Assembly (NCBI GenBank): GCA_048886685.1
Contig: JBHLKM010000002.1
Location: 348,367-412,366, forward strand
Length of the DNA: 64,000 nt
Source: Candidatus Hodarchaeota archaeon
GTDB taxonomy: Archaea > Asgardarchaeota > Lokiarchaeia > Sigyniarchaeales > SOKP01
Direction: 5' to 3'
In this document: positions 1 to 10,039 of the stretch, in pieces
Numbering within the stretch: position 1 is the first letter of the stretch
How the letters are laid out: each line of letters starts with the position of its first letter
Notes under the pieces: generated by a model
The model's input: the letters and a program-made list of their open reading frames with translations, nothing else
The model's database searches: none
What the model was told of the DNA's origin: nothing
Program-made: the position numbers and the translations under genes

Positions 1-191
1 CTTTAGTTTTAATATTTTATAAACCAAACTAAAAATCTCTTATATCGCTTCTACAAAAGTTTACTTTTTTTTTTGAAACATAAAAGTTAGATTTAATAGT
101 TCCTATTGGGCTTTGATTATAATGCTAATTTACTAAAAAAATTTTATATCTCATAAATTAAAAATATAAATAAAATGAGAGGTGGTCAATT

Positions 192-557
192 ATAAGCGAA
201 AATAAAAAATCTATCCTTTATGTTCAAACGAGTGACGATCCAGAAAGACAATATTCACCATTAGTATTGGCTCAAACTGCTGCAGCTATGGACATAAAAG
301 CAACTGTTTATTACTTAGGACAAGGTTTAAGGATTTTAAAACCTGGGGAAGCAGAAAGAATAAAATTAGGTGCGTTTCCAAATGTAAAAGAAATGATTGA
401 AAAAACCTTAGCAGATGGTGTTGAAATCCTAGTATGTGAAGCTTCAAAAAGAATGTTAGGATGGGAAAAAGTAGATTTGATTCCAGGCGTAAAAATTGTT
501 GGAGCAGCAACATTAAATGATTTAGTTCTAGAAAATGATGCAACCCAATGGTTTTAA
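192..557 (+). CDS. DsrE/DsrF-like sulfur-relay family protein (N-terminus extended to a probable ATA start)
   Basis: Track ORF 267..557 has the DsrE-like 'GVEILVCEAS...LIPGVKIVGAATL' motif. The frame stays open upstream (ISENKKSILYVQTSDDPERQYSPLVL) to ATA at 192, after a GAGGTGG SD; in-frame TAA at 171-173. Confidence 0.75.
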   Translation: MSENKKSILYVQTSDDPERQYSPLVLAQTAAAMDIKATVYYLGQGLRILKPGEAERIKLGAFPNVKEMIEKTLADGVEILVCEASKRMLGWEKVDLIPGVKIVGAATLNDLVLENDATQWF

Positions 558-600
558 TTTTATATTTTTATAACTCAAGTTAAAGAAGAATATTAAGAAT

Positions 601-1203
601 ATGAACAAATTTGAGAAATTAAAGCAAACATTAAAACTAACCTCAAATCCGATAGGAGTAAAACTTATTTACGATTATCATGAAGATACAGGGATAGATC
701 CTATTTTTAAAGAATTAAATAGTATAGATGGGTATTGTGAATTTGTTAAGAGCGCATCTAAAGGAGAATTCTTGAAAATTAAGAAAGGTGATTTTTCCTG
801 TAATAATGCAAATATTATGCTAAGTTTTCAAGAAACTGATAATATAGAATTGTCAATGAAATTGGATATTAAAGGGCTTAAATATATTCTTCTTTTTCCA
901 ATTAATCAATATGAACTTGAGGATTACGATAGTATTATACTTGTCTTAAATCCTCGTAATTGTATGAATATCATCCAAGCTTATGTTAGACTTCATAATA
1001 AACCGTTAAAAATAACATGCGGTATAATTAATGGTGTATGTAGTGAAGTAACTGCTTATGTTATAAAACGTAATGATGTGAATTTTTCATTCTTATGTAC
1101 TGAATCTCGGAACGATGGTACTTTTAATGATTGCGAGTTATTATGTGGGATACCTGCTAAAATGACAAAAGATCTGATTAATGAAATTATACAATCAAAA
1201 TAA
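601..1203 (+). CDS. DUF169 family protein
   Basis: 'LKLTSNPIGVKL', 'YCEFVKSA', 'FSC', 'GVCSE', 'SFLC..SR', 'ELLCGIP' Cys pattern typical of DUF169. Confidence 0.75.
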   Translation: MNKFEKLKQTLKLTSNPIGVKLIYDYHEDTGIDPIFKELNSIDGYCEFVKSASKGEFLKIKKGDFSCNNANIMLSFQETDNIELSMKLDIKGLKYILLFPINQYELEDYDSIILVLNPRNCMNIIQAYVRLHNKPLKITCGIINGVCSEVTAYVIKRNDVNFSFLCTESRNDGTFNDCELLCGIPAKMTKDLINEIIQSK

Positions 1204-1309
1204 CTTCGAAGGGTATCAATAGAGTTGTTTAACTCAATTTAAAAATTACAAATAATTTATTAAGAGATTTTAAAAAATTAGCAGGAGAAAAAATCCACTA
1301 TTATTTAAG

Positions 1310-1812
1310 TCATGGTTTAAGATTTTTACATTTAATTTCAATTGGTTTAGAATTATTTTCAAAAGTAACGTAATTCATAAATAGTTTATTAACAGATCTG
1401 ATGTAATCTGCACCGCGTCCAATTGCAATACCCCTTTCTTTATAAGTTAAAAAATATATCGCTATTTCCCTCTTTCCTGAAAATCCATTTACTTCCAAAG
1501 AGATATTATAAACAAATAAATCTGGGAATAGACTGAATAAAAAATTGATTAGTACATTTTCAGCTCTAATAATTAAAAACTTTCTACCCTTCATTTCTCT
1601 CCTCACTGATCCTAAATATATTTTGGAATCAAAATAGTCTTCATTTTTTACAAAAAAAAAGATATACTGATCAACTACAGCAAGAAATTCAGGATATATC
1701 CCCTTTGTCTTTTATAGAAATATTTGTATAATTTAAGTTCAGAATTTGTGTATTTTCTGATGAAATTTAAGATTTGATAAAGGATTAGATCATCAGATAT
1801 TGTGTAGAACAT
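1310..1812 (-). pseudogene. Frameshifted archaeal NusA-like KH-domain protein paralogue
   Basis: ATG at 1812 gives MFYTISDDLILYQIL...KYFYK. The homologous sequence continues in another frame from about 1712 (KTKGIYPEFLAVVDQYIFFFVK...RGIAIGRGADYIR, KH GxxG). One A appears missing from an A-run. Confidence 0.65.
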
Positions 1813-1969
1813 ATTGTATTATCTAAATTCAGCAATTTAAACCAAACAGCTCTATAATTAATACATATTATAATAATATTAACACAATATAGTTAGAGAC
1901 TTACAATAAAGCTATAAAAGATCTTTAATTATTTAATATTAGCAACATTAAACCAATTTATTCTAATAG

Positions 1970-3394
1970 ATGTTTGTTGAATTTTTTTATTACCTAAAAG
2001 AACGCTTACCCGTAAGCATCACAGAGTATATGACCTTAATCGAAGCTCTAAATAAAGGGCTTATTCATAACATGGTTGAGTTTTATTATACTTCACGCTC
2101 AATTCTCTGCAAAAATGAGCATCACTTCGACATTTTTGATATCTCATTTGCTAATTTCTTTAAAAATGCTATGATACAATTCCCAGAAGATTTTAAACAA
2201 GAGATTTGGGAATGGCTCGAAAAACCTATCACCTTATCAGAATTAATCGAAGGATTAGAGCTATTATTAAAAGAATATCAACAATATCTAACTGTAGTAG
2301 ACTTACAAGAATTACTTCAAGATCTACTTGAGAAGTATGCAGACCAACTTGAAGGTAAACTACTTGCAAACGTACCCGATGATATTAAAGAAGAAATCTT
2401 TAAATGGCTTCAACAAAACATAAATATGTTAGCAACCGATGCTGCGTTTCAAGACATGGCAAGTCAATTCTCTAGTCTCGAGGACTTACAAAAAAGGCTT
2501 GAAGAATTAATGCAGGAACAAGACGAAGAACATAATTTCGGAGATCATTTTATTGGAACACAAGGTACCTCTCCATTTGGACATTCTGGGCAAAACCCAA
2601 TGGGTATGAGAATTGGAGGTGGGGCTGGTATGCGAACTGCAGTACAAATTGCTGAAAAAAGAATTTTCAAGGATTATCGGAAGGATATCGTTTTGGATAC
2701 GAGACAAATTAAAATAGCTCTAAAAAGACTCAAAAAACTTGAAGAGATTGGAAAACAAGACGAATTAAACATCGATGAGACTATCGACAAGACAGCAAAG
2801 AATGGCGGAGAGATCGAAATTGTATTTGATAAACGAAGAAAAAACGATGTAAAGATATTACTCCTTATGGATGTAGGTGGTAGTATGACACCATATGCTC
2901 ATCTCGTTAATCTACTTTTCTCTGCAGCTAATAATATGTCACATTGGAAAGATTTTAAATATTATTACTTTCATAATTGCATTTACGAGACTTTGTATTT
3001 CAATGCTAAAAGGAATCCTAATGAAGCTATTGAATTTAACGATTTTATTCGAAAATATGATAGTAAATACAAAGTAGTGATCGTGGGTGACGCTGCTATG
3101 GCCAGCTGGGAATTAACAGAAAAATATGGATCGATATATTACTACCATCGAAATGAAATGCCCGGAATCTATTATATCAAAGAACTTGCTAATCATTTTA
3201 AAAATGGTATTGTATGGCTTAATCCAGAGCTAATAAGACCAGAATGGAGCCCATGGACACGAAAAATTATTTCTAGTGTTATTCCTATGTTTGATCTCAC
3301 TATTGATGGCATAGAAGAGGCTATGAATTATCTTAGAAAAGGCGGTAAGAATATGTTTACGACTGTCAATTACTTTAAGGGATTAAATTATTAA
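1970..3394 (+). CDS. VWA-domain protein, CoxE-like (COG3825 type)
   Basis: 'IGTQGTSPFGHSG', MIDAS-like 'MDVGGSM', 'YYYFHNCIY', 'VGDAAM', 'VWLNP'. Confidence 0.85.
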   Translation: MFVEFFYYLKERLPVSITEYMTLIEALNKGLIHNMVEFYYTSRSILCKNEHHFDIFDISFANFFKNAMIQFPEDFKQEIWEWLEKPITLSELIEGLELLLKEYQQYLTVVDLQELLQDLLEKYADQLEGKLLANVPDDIKEEIFKWLQQNINMLATDAAFQDMASQFSSLEDLQKRLEELMQEQDEEHNFGDHFIGTQGTSPFGHSGQNPMGMRIGGGAGMRTAVQIAEKRIFKDYRKDIVLDTRQIKIALKRLKKLEEIGKQDELNIDETIDKTAKNGGEIEIVFDKRRKNDVKILLLMDVGGSMTPYAHLVNLLFSAANNMSHWKDFKYYYFHNCIYETLYFNAKRNPNEAIEFNDFIRKYDSKYKVVIVGDAAMASWELTEKYGSIYYYHRNEMPGIYYIKELANHFKNGIVWLNPELIRPEWSPWTRKIISSVIPMFDLTIDGIEEAMNYLRKGGKNMFTTVNYFKGLNY

Positions 3395-3500
3395 AAAATT
3401 TTAAATTAGAGTTGCGTCTTTTTTCATTTAAATTTTGAGTTTTTCTAAAATATAAAATTCCCGAACCTTAATATTTTATGTATGAATATCGAAGTTACAT

Positions 3501-4121
3501 ATGGATGAAAAAAGAAAGGAATCTTCAGATAAAAGAGAGACAATCCAGTATTTTGAGATTTTTTTTGGTTTGTTTAATTCTTTTGTTATGGGTTCTATGA
3601 TTTGGATAGCACAGAACAACATACTTTTGGCTATTCCTGCTTATATTTTTACTTTGATAATGGTAATTGGGATTATTCTTACTTTTAAAAAAAAAAATCC
3701 TTTTTTTACATATTTTACTATGGGTACTTTAGTTTGTGGTTCTTATTACGCTCTACCAGGACTATTTTTGATACCATTAACTAGTTTTAAATATGGTATT
3801 TTTGATTACATTATATTTGGTCTTGCGATTCCCGAAATTTTTTATCTGATATTTCTTACTAAGGACTTATCGTTTTTCAAAACCTGGGGTAAACAGGCTC
3901 TAATTTGGGGTAGAGATAAATTTGATTCCAGTCTTCCTTATGCTTTAATGGATCCTGAGACATTAAGCTTGCAACAACAACGGATTGACGAAGCTATACT
4001 AAAACAAAAACAGGAAAGAAATAAATATAACAAAAAATATCATAAATCCTTAATCCTTTCCGTATGCATTATTTCGGTATTAGGATTTTATTCCTTTTTT
4101 TTTTCTAGTATGGGATTATGA
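3501..4121 (+). CDS. Multi-pass membrane protein, unknown function
   Basis: About 5 hydrophobic segments in a 206-aa ORF. Confidence 0.7.
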   Translation: MDEKRKESSDKRETIQYFEIFFGLFNSFVMGSMIWIAQNNILLAIPAYIFTLIMVIGIILTFKKKNPFFTYFTMGTLVCGSYYALPGLFLIPLTSFKYGIFDYIIFGLAIPEIFYLIFLTKDLSFFKTWGKQALIWGRDKFDSSLPYALMDPETLSLQQQRIDEAILKQKQERNKYNKKYHKSLILSVCIISVLGFYSFFFSSMGL

Positions 4122-4139
4122 GACAACTAACTGAATTCA

Positions 4140-4775
4140 TTAACTTTCAATTAGCTTTTTAATATGTTCAATACCATATATCGCGTCATCAGCATAATCA
4201 TCAGCTCCAAATTGTTTTGCCAGTTCTATATTTAAAGGGGCCCCTCCAACAATCAATTTTACCTTATCTCGCAGTCCGGCATCTTGTAGTGCTTGATGAA
4301 CAACTCCAATTTGATCCACAGTCATAGATAATAACGTACTCAATGCTACAACTGATGCTCCAGTTTCTTTAACTTTTTCAACGATTGCTTCAGCTTCCAC
4401 ATCTCTTCCAAGATCGAAAACTTCAAAATTTGCGCTTAATAACAACGTCCCTAGTATATTCTTTCCTAAATCATGTTGGTCTCCTTTAACGGTTGCTATA
4501 ACCACTTTTGCTTTCTCCTGCCCGTTATCTGATACAGCCAGAGCAGGCTTTAATACCTCAAGTCCTGCTTTCATTGTATCTCCTGCCAATACAAGCTCAC
4601 CTAAAAAATACTCATATTCTTCATATCGCCGACTAACTTCATCCATACCCCTTGTAAGGGCATTTAAAATTTCAAAAGGGTCTTTCCCATCTTCTTCAAG
4701 AGCAATTCTAACTGCATCTTCTATATCATCCAACTCCAATTCGACGATAAGTTCAGTTAATTCTTCAAAATCCAT
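4140..4775 (-). CDS. Corrinoid (B12-binding) methyltransferase cognate protein, MtaC/MtbC family
   Basis: N-terminal B12 cap domain, 'GDQHDLGKN' (DxHxxG), 'ALSTLL', 'IVGGAP'. Confidence 0.92.
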   Translation of the reverse strand: MDFEELTELIVELELDDIEDAVRIALEEDGKDPFEILNALTRGMDEVSRRYEEYEYFLGELVLAGDTMKAGLEVLKPALAVSDNGQEKAKVVIATVKGDQHDLGKNILGTLLLSANFEVFDLGRDVEAEAIVEKVKETGASVVALSTLLSMTVDQIGVVHQALQDAGLRDKVKLIVGGAPLNIELAKQFGADDYADDAIYGIEHIKKLIES

Positions 4776-4900
4776 AATAGTCGACCATTAATTAAAAAAA
4801 AAAAACTAATTTTCCCTAATTTCATTTCAATGAATAATAATAATTACTACTATACTTCTAATAAAAATTTTTTTTAATTAGGCAAAATATTTTTTTTATT

Positions 4901-6070
4901 ATGGTACTTTCAAAACGAGAAAGAGTAATTAGAGCCTTAGAACGCGACGATGAACCAGATATGATTCCAATCCATTATCTAGGATTTGAAAGAACTGGTA
5001 TTGCCTATCAACAATTTCTAAAATCAAATGATTTTAAAGAAAATAAGACTTATATTGAAAACACATTTTCAAGAGAGGATTATCGCTGGGCTGGAGATAT
5101 AACTGAGTGGCGTTTTTGGAATGTTGATTGTCAATCAATAGATCCTTGGAGGCATCGAATGAAGACTAAAATTGCCGAGGGACCACCCGAATATCCAGGA
5201 AGTTACTTAATTCCAACATCTGGGAGAATATTTAAGCGAGTGGAACAAATTAAGACTGGTTTAACTTATGCTTGGTATATAGATGGCTATTTCAGAACAC
5301 CTGAAATATTACACGCCTATTGGGATGAATATGGAAAACCTTCTGAATGTATTAATAATGAGGTTAATTATTCCCCCAAAATCTGGGAAAAGTTTGTAGA
5401 AAGCCTCTCTCCATACCTATATCCAATGGCTAGATTAATGATTGCCATGAATGAGGCTCTATTCGAAGGAATGACAGTAAGTAGAGTTACTTATCATATG
5501 AGAAAAAATCCAGAATTCATCCACGAAGTTATGGAGGAATATACTAAAGTAAATCTAGAATTTGTAAAACGTTATGCAGAAGCAGGAATAGATATTGTTT
5601 TTTATTATGATGATTTAGGGTATAAAGGACGATCTATGTTTTCTCTTGAGAATTTTCGTACATTTATACTTCCATACTATAAAAAAATATATCAAGAATG
5701 TAAGAAACATGGAATGTTCGTAATTCAGCATTCATGTGGTTATATTGATAAATTACTCCCGGATATGGTTAATGCGGGACTAGATTGTATTCAAGCGCTA
5801 GAGCCTGCTGCAGGTGTTGATTTAGCACATTTAAAGGAAACATTAGGAGACCAATTGAGTTTTATGGGGGGAATGGATGCAACGAGAGTATTAAGTTTCG
5901 GAACTCCCAAAGAAGTTGAAGAAGAAGTAAAAAGATGTATTAAAGCTGCCGCTTATGGTGGAGGTTACTTTGCAGGTCCGAGTCACAATATCTTAAACGT
6001 TCCCTGGGAGAATATTCTAGCCTTCAGAGCAGCTATTGAGAAATATAGGAAATATCCATTGAAATTCTAG
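4901..6070 (+). CDS. Uroporphyrinogen decarboxylase-superfamily protein (probable corrinoid methyltransferase partner)
   Basis: 'SKRERV..AL...EPD..P', 'YDDLG', 'HSCG', 'FMGGMD', 'GTPKEV...V..CI', 'GGY..GPSH'; divergent from the corrinoid gene. Confidence 0.85.
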   Translation: MVLSKRERVIRALERDDEPDMIPIHYLGFERTGIAYQQFLKSNDFKENKTYIENTFSREDYRWAGDITEWRFWNVDCQSIDPWRHRMKTKIAEGPPEYPGSYLIPTSGRIFKRVEQIKTGLTYAWYIDGYFRTPEILHAYWDEYGKPSECINNEVNYSPKIWEKFVESLSPYLYPMARLMIAMNEALFEGMTVSRVTYHMRKNPEFIHEVMEEYTKVNLEFVKRYAEAGIDIVFYYDDLGYKGRSMFSLENFRTFILPYYKKIYQECKKHGMFVIQHSCGYIDKLLPDMVNAGLDCIQALEPAAGVDLAHLKETLGDQLSFMGGMDATRVLSFGTPKEVEEEVKRCIKAAAYGGGYFAGPSHNILNVPWENILAFRAAIEKYRKYPLKF

Positions 6071-6270
6071 TTTCTTACAATTTAGTTTAACCCATTAATT
6101 TCCCCGAATTTCCTTATCTATCTTGTTCGGACTATAGGAACAAAAATTTGATATATCAGATGTAAATATATTGATTAATAATCTCTATAATTATATATTT
6201 CAAGCTTTAATTAGAAAATTTCGCTTAGAAATTTAATTGGGGTTTTATTTAAAGCCACTGTCTTCTAATT

Positions 6271-7818
6271 TTGACATATTCATCCAAAATGAATTTAAAT
6301 GGAGTTTCCTTTATGAGTAGGTGTGATAATAAACCAGTAGAACCCGAAATGAGATATTTTAATCTAATTAATAGCATTTTGGATGTTTTAATTGAATTTA
6401 ATCTAGATTTTACTATTACATATATTAATCCCCAAGTTTACGATGTATTTGGTTATCATTCTGAGGAAGTAATTGAAAGAAAAACCGTGGATTTTATTCA
6501 TCCTGATGATGTATCAAAAATTGTTGAAATAATTAAGAGGACAATAAAAACAAGAGAAGTAATCTCAATAGAACTAAGAATTCGGCATAAAAAAGGATAC
6601 TTTGTTCCAACGTATACGAAAGGACGTTTAGTGGTTTTAGATAATCAAAAAAAGATTGTTGGAGTCTTAAGAGACATAACAGAAATTACGGAAGCTCAAC
6701 GAAAATTAAATAATTCAGATCAAAGATATAGGGAAATCATTGAAAATATTGAGGATGGATATTTTGAAGTAGATCTACAGGGAAATTATACTTATATAAA
6801 TGATTATACTTGTAAGTATTTGGGATTTTCGAAAAATAAATTAATAGGTAAGAGTTATACTTCTATATTAGACAAGAAAACTCATAAAGAAGTATATGAA
6901 ATCTTTAATCTTGTTTACAAAAATAATCTTTCAAAAGGAACTTTTGAAAGTAAAGTAATCAGAAATGATGGACAAGAACGTACTTTTGAGGGAACATTTT
7001 ATTTAAGATATGATACGAATGGAAAAAAAATTGGGTTTTATGGATTTACTCATGATATATCAGAGAAAAAAATAATTGAAGAAAAGACCAAAGAATCTGA
7101 AAAAAAATATCGTAAAGCTTTCGACAGAGCTGAACTTTATAAGAATTTATTTTATCATGACATCAACAACATCCTTTCTAATATAAAATTATCAATAGAT
7201 ATTAGTGAGAAATATCTTGCTGAGTTCAATAAGGAAAAAGAAATTAAAGATCTTTATGAATTAATTAAACAACAATTTGAAAGAGGAACAAAACTAATTT
7301 CTAATATTCGCAAATTATCAAATCTTGAAAATTTGGAGAAATCATTAAAATCATTTGAGGTGATTAAAACATTAGAGGAAGCAATAAAATATGTTCAGAA
7401 CAGTATAGTATCAGAAGATATTAACATAAGAATTAAATCATCTGAAAAGAAAATTATGATTCAAGCCAATGAGTTTTTAATAGATATATTCGATAACTTA
7501 TTAATTAACGCCATTAATTACAATGATAATCCCAAAAAGGAGATCCTCATTAAGATTTCAAAGGTTTCTAAAGAAAATGTCAATTATGTGAAATTTGAAT
7601 TCATTGATAATGGTATTGGAATTTCTGACAACAGGAAAGAAGTAATCTTTCAAGAGGGATTCAGTAAAGAAAAAGGATCAAAGGGTATGGGCTTTGGTCT
7701 AACTCTCGTCAAAAAAATCATAAGAAGTTATAGGGGTGAAATCTGGATTGAAGATAGCGTTAAGGGTGATTATTCACAGGGAAGCAATTTTGTTTTCTTA
7801 ATCCCTGAAGCAACATAA
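6271..7818 (+). CDS. Cytoplasmic PAS-PAS sensor histidine kinase
   Basis: Two PAS/PAC domains (FIHPDD; RDITE/HDISE), H-box 'FYHDINN', N-box 'NLLINAI', G boxes 'DNGIGI' and 'GMGFGL'. Confidence 0.92.
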   Translation: MTYSSKMNLNGVSFMSRCDNKPVEPEMRYFNLINSILDVLIEFNLDFTITYINPQVYDVFGYHSEEVIERKTVDFIHPDDVSKIVEIIKRTIKTREVISIELRIRHKKGYFVPTYTKGRLVVLDNQKKIVGVLRDITEITEAQRKLNNSDQRYREIIENIEDGYFEVDLQGNYTYINDYTCKYLGFSKNKLIGKSYTSILDKKTHKEVYEIFNLVYKNNLSKGTFESKVIRNDGQERTFEGTFYLRYDTNGKKIGFYGFTHDISEKKIIEEKTKESEKKYRKAFDRAELYKNLFYHDINNILSNIKLSIDISEKYLAEFNKEKEIKDLYELIKQQFERGTKLISNIRKLSNLENLEKSLKSFEVIKTLEEAIKYVQNSIVSEDINIRIKSSEKKIMIQANEFLIDIFDNLLINAINYNDNPKKEILIKISKVSKENVNYVKFEFIDNGIGISDNRKEVIFQEGFSKEKGSKGMGFGLTLVKKIIRSYRGEIWIEDSVKGDYSQGSNFVFLIPEAT

Positions 7819-7953
7819 TAAATTTTTTTGCCAAAATTATGAGTTCTCTTTTTAATTCATTACTTTCCTTCGTTGCTAATGAGAGAAATTTCTTATATCT
7901 CTCTTGATTATATTCCACTAATTTAGTACACAAGAATTCTACTCTTTCAGGAT

Positions 7954-9636
7954 CTAATCTATCTCTCGTAGAATATCTTGATTCAAAGAGGTTTTATAGG
8001 AATCATAAAAGATCGAAGCATATTTTTTATAGAACTCTTCCTTTTTAGAAAGAACTAAGTTTTTAGCTTCAAAATCAGCTTTACCTTTTGACCAGAATAT
8101 CGAACCTTGAGTATTAAAATTAAAGTTCTCTTGCTTTTTAATTATCTCTCCTGATTTAATTACATATTCAATGTCGGATAATCCTCTTTTAAAATCTTCA
8201 TACTGCTTAGATATGTCTATTTCTAAAATATTTATATCCAAAATATTAATGTCTGCATCTGTTTCGACACTAAGATTGCCTTTAATGCTTCCAAGACCCA
8301 ACGATCTTGCAGGACCAGCTCTTGTTAGGGTGATAAAATCAGAAAAACTAAGGGAGGTGTTTTCATCATTTAATGAATTGTCTTTAAGAAAATCTTCATT
8401 CATACCTTTCATAAAATTGTCTCTAGCTTTTTTACTTATTAGCCAAGATGCGATTTCTGGTATATTACTTATGTTAGCGTAATTAGGGTAATTTAATGAA
8501 AAACATATTTGAGATTTATCTTTAACTTTAAGAGCTAGATCCAATGCGTTTCCCCATAGTATACAATCGTGATAATTCTTCTTATCTAAAGTTCTCATTG
8601 AAACAAATGAATCTCCTTCAAATTCAACTGCTGAGCTTATTAATTTATACTGCTTTTCGAATGCATCCATAGTTAACATAGAATTTATCAGTCGCCTATC
8701 TGAAGTGATAAGAGGATTTATTTCATTAAAGGCAACAAAACCTAAACCTATACTGAAATTTGGATTATTATTTAGAAAATTAATTAAATCTTCATTACTT
8801 CCATCATAGGCATAAGAATTCGCGTGAGCTATATGGAAAATTTGATTACGCTTGATATCTGAATTGGTTTGTTGATTTGCTTTTAAATTTAATGATTTTA
8901 TTCTTTCTAGAATTATGAAGAGATTTTTCTTACCAATTTCGTTTTCATATCCATCAATATGAGCATGAACCGAATGTGGTAAACCCATTGATTCTACACA
9001 TCTCACCACATTTTCATAGACATCTAAAACAGAATAATTGTATAATCTACCTTGTTTGGATAAATCTTCTCTTAATTCTTTAAAATCCCATGTCTCACAT
9101 TCAAAAGGATTATAGACTTTAAATCCAAATCCATATGTTTTAGATAAGAGATCCGAGAGAAAAATTGCCATATCCTTAATTTTTCCCCTTTGAAACTCTA
9201 GTTCAAGAGGCCAGAAATTACTGATATTTAATAACATTGCCTTATCTAATACTGGTAATTGTTGAAAGTTGAAAATTGTCTGTTTTGCTAATGATGGAAA
9301 TACATTGGCTTCAAGTATAAAAGTGTAACCCATCGAAATATATTCTTTAGCAATATTTTCTAATGTTAATCCCTGCCACAGTTCTTTAAATGAATTATTT
9401 TTAGATCCTAATAATCTTGCCCAATTAACTTGCTGAGAAGCAACATGGGTATGAATATCGATAGCTGAAGGAATGACTGTTTTCCCAGTTGCATCGATTT
9501 CTTTTACATCTTTATTATTGGTAAATTTATCTACAATTTTGCCTGATTCTACCAAGATATCTTTCTTTTCACCCTCAATCTCATTGATGGGGTCATAAAT
9601 TAGTCCATTTTTAATTATGAGTTTATTTGCTTCCAT
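7954..9636 (-). CDS. fwdA: Formylmethanofuran dehydrogenase subunit A-like amidohydrolase (divergent)
   Basis: 'IIKNGLIYDP.N.I.GEK.DI', 'IDIHTHVA', 'KVYNP', 'GLPHSVHAH', 'TRAGPARSLGL'. Confidence 0.85.
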   Translation of the reverse strand: MEANKLIIKNGLIYDPINEIEGEKKDILVESGKIVDKFTNNKDVKEIDATGKTVIPSAIDIHTHVASQQVNWARLLGSKNNSFKELWQGLTLENIAKEYISMGYTFILEANVFPSLAKQTIFNFQQLPVLDKAMLLNISNFWPLELEFQRGKIKDMAIFLSDLLSKTYGFGFKVYNPFECETWDFKELREDLSKQGRLYNYSVLDVYENVVRCVESMGLPHSVHAHIDGYENEIGKKNLFIILERIKSLNLKANQQTNSDIKRNQIFHIAHANSYAYDGSNEDLINFLNNNPNFSIGLGFVAFNEINPLITSDRRLINSMLTMDAFEKQYKLISSAVEFEGDSFVSMRTLDKKNYHDCILWGNALDLALKVKDKSQICFSLNYPNYANISNIPEIASWLISKKARDNFMKGMNEDFLKDNSLNDENTSLSFSDFITLTRAGPARSLGLGSIKGNLSVETDADINILDINILEIDISKQYEDFKRGLSDIEYVIKSGEIIKKQENFNFNTQGSIFWSKGKADFEAKNLVLSKKEEFYKKYASIFYDSYKTSLNQDILREID

Positions 9637-9649
9637 ATTATTTATGATA

Positions 9650-10039
9650 TTATTTTTTTATAATGGTTTTTAACAAGTCTTTTATATCTAAAACAGTTTC
9701 TCTGGTTGCCTCAGCGTTAGTTTTAAGGTTTTTTAATATTAATATTTCATTATTGATTCCTGTTAGTTGGTTTGCCCAAATTGAAACAGGCATTACTACT
9801 GTCCCCAATGGAATTCTTTCATCTTGTTTTACTTTAACTATCGCTTCTCCATTCTCATTTGATAATTTTAAGTTCGAGTCTGAGGTTAACTTGAGCTTAT
9901 TGAAATCTTTGGGATTTATGATACCAATTGCGAGATTTTCTTTTAGTGAATTATCATCCCCAAAAGAATATTCTTTTACTTGATCATAGTCAACCATTCT
10001 CACAGTATTTAATATCATTTCCATTTTTCTAACCTCCAT
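9650..10039 (-). CDS. fwdD: Formylmethanofuran dehydrogenase subunit D-like (molybdopterin dinucleotide-binding fold)
   Basis: 'ILNT.R', 'INPKDF..L', 'G.A.VKVK', 'P.G.V.MP.S.WANQL'; lies between fwdB and fwdA. Confidence 0.8.
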   Translation of the reverse strand: MEVRKMEMILNTVRMVDYDQVKEYSFGDDNSLKENLAIGIINPKDFNKLKLTSDSNLKLSNENGEAIVKVKQDERIPLGTVVMPVSIWANQLTGINNEILILKNLKTNAEATRETVLDIKDLLKTIIKK

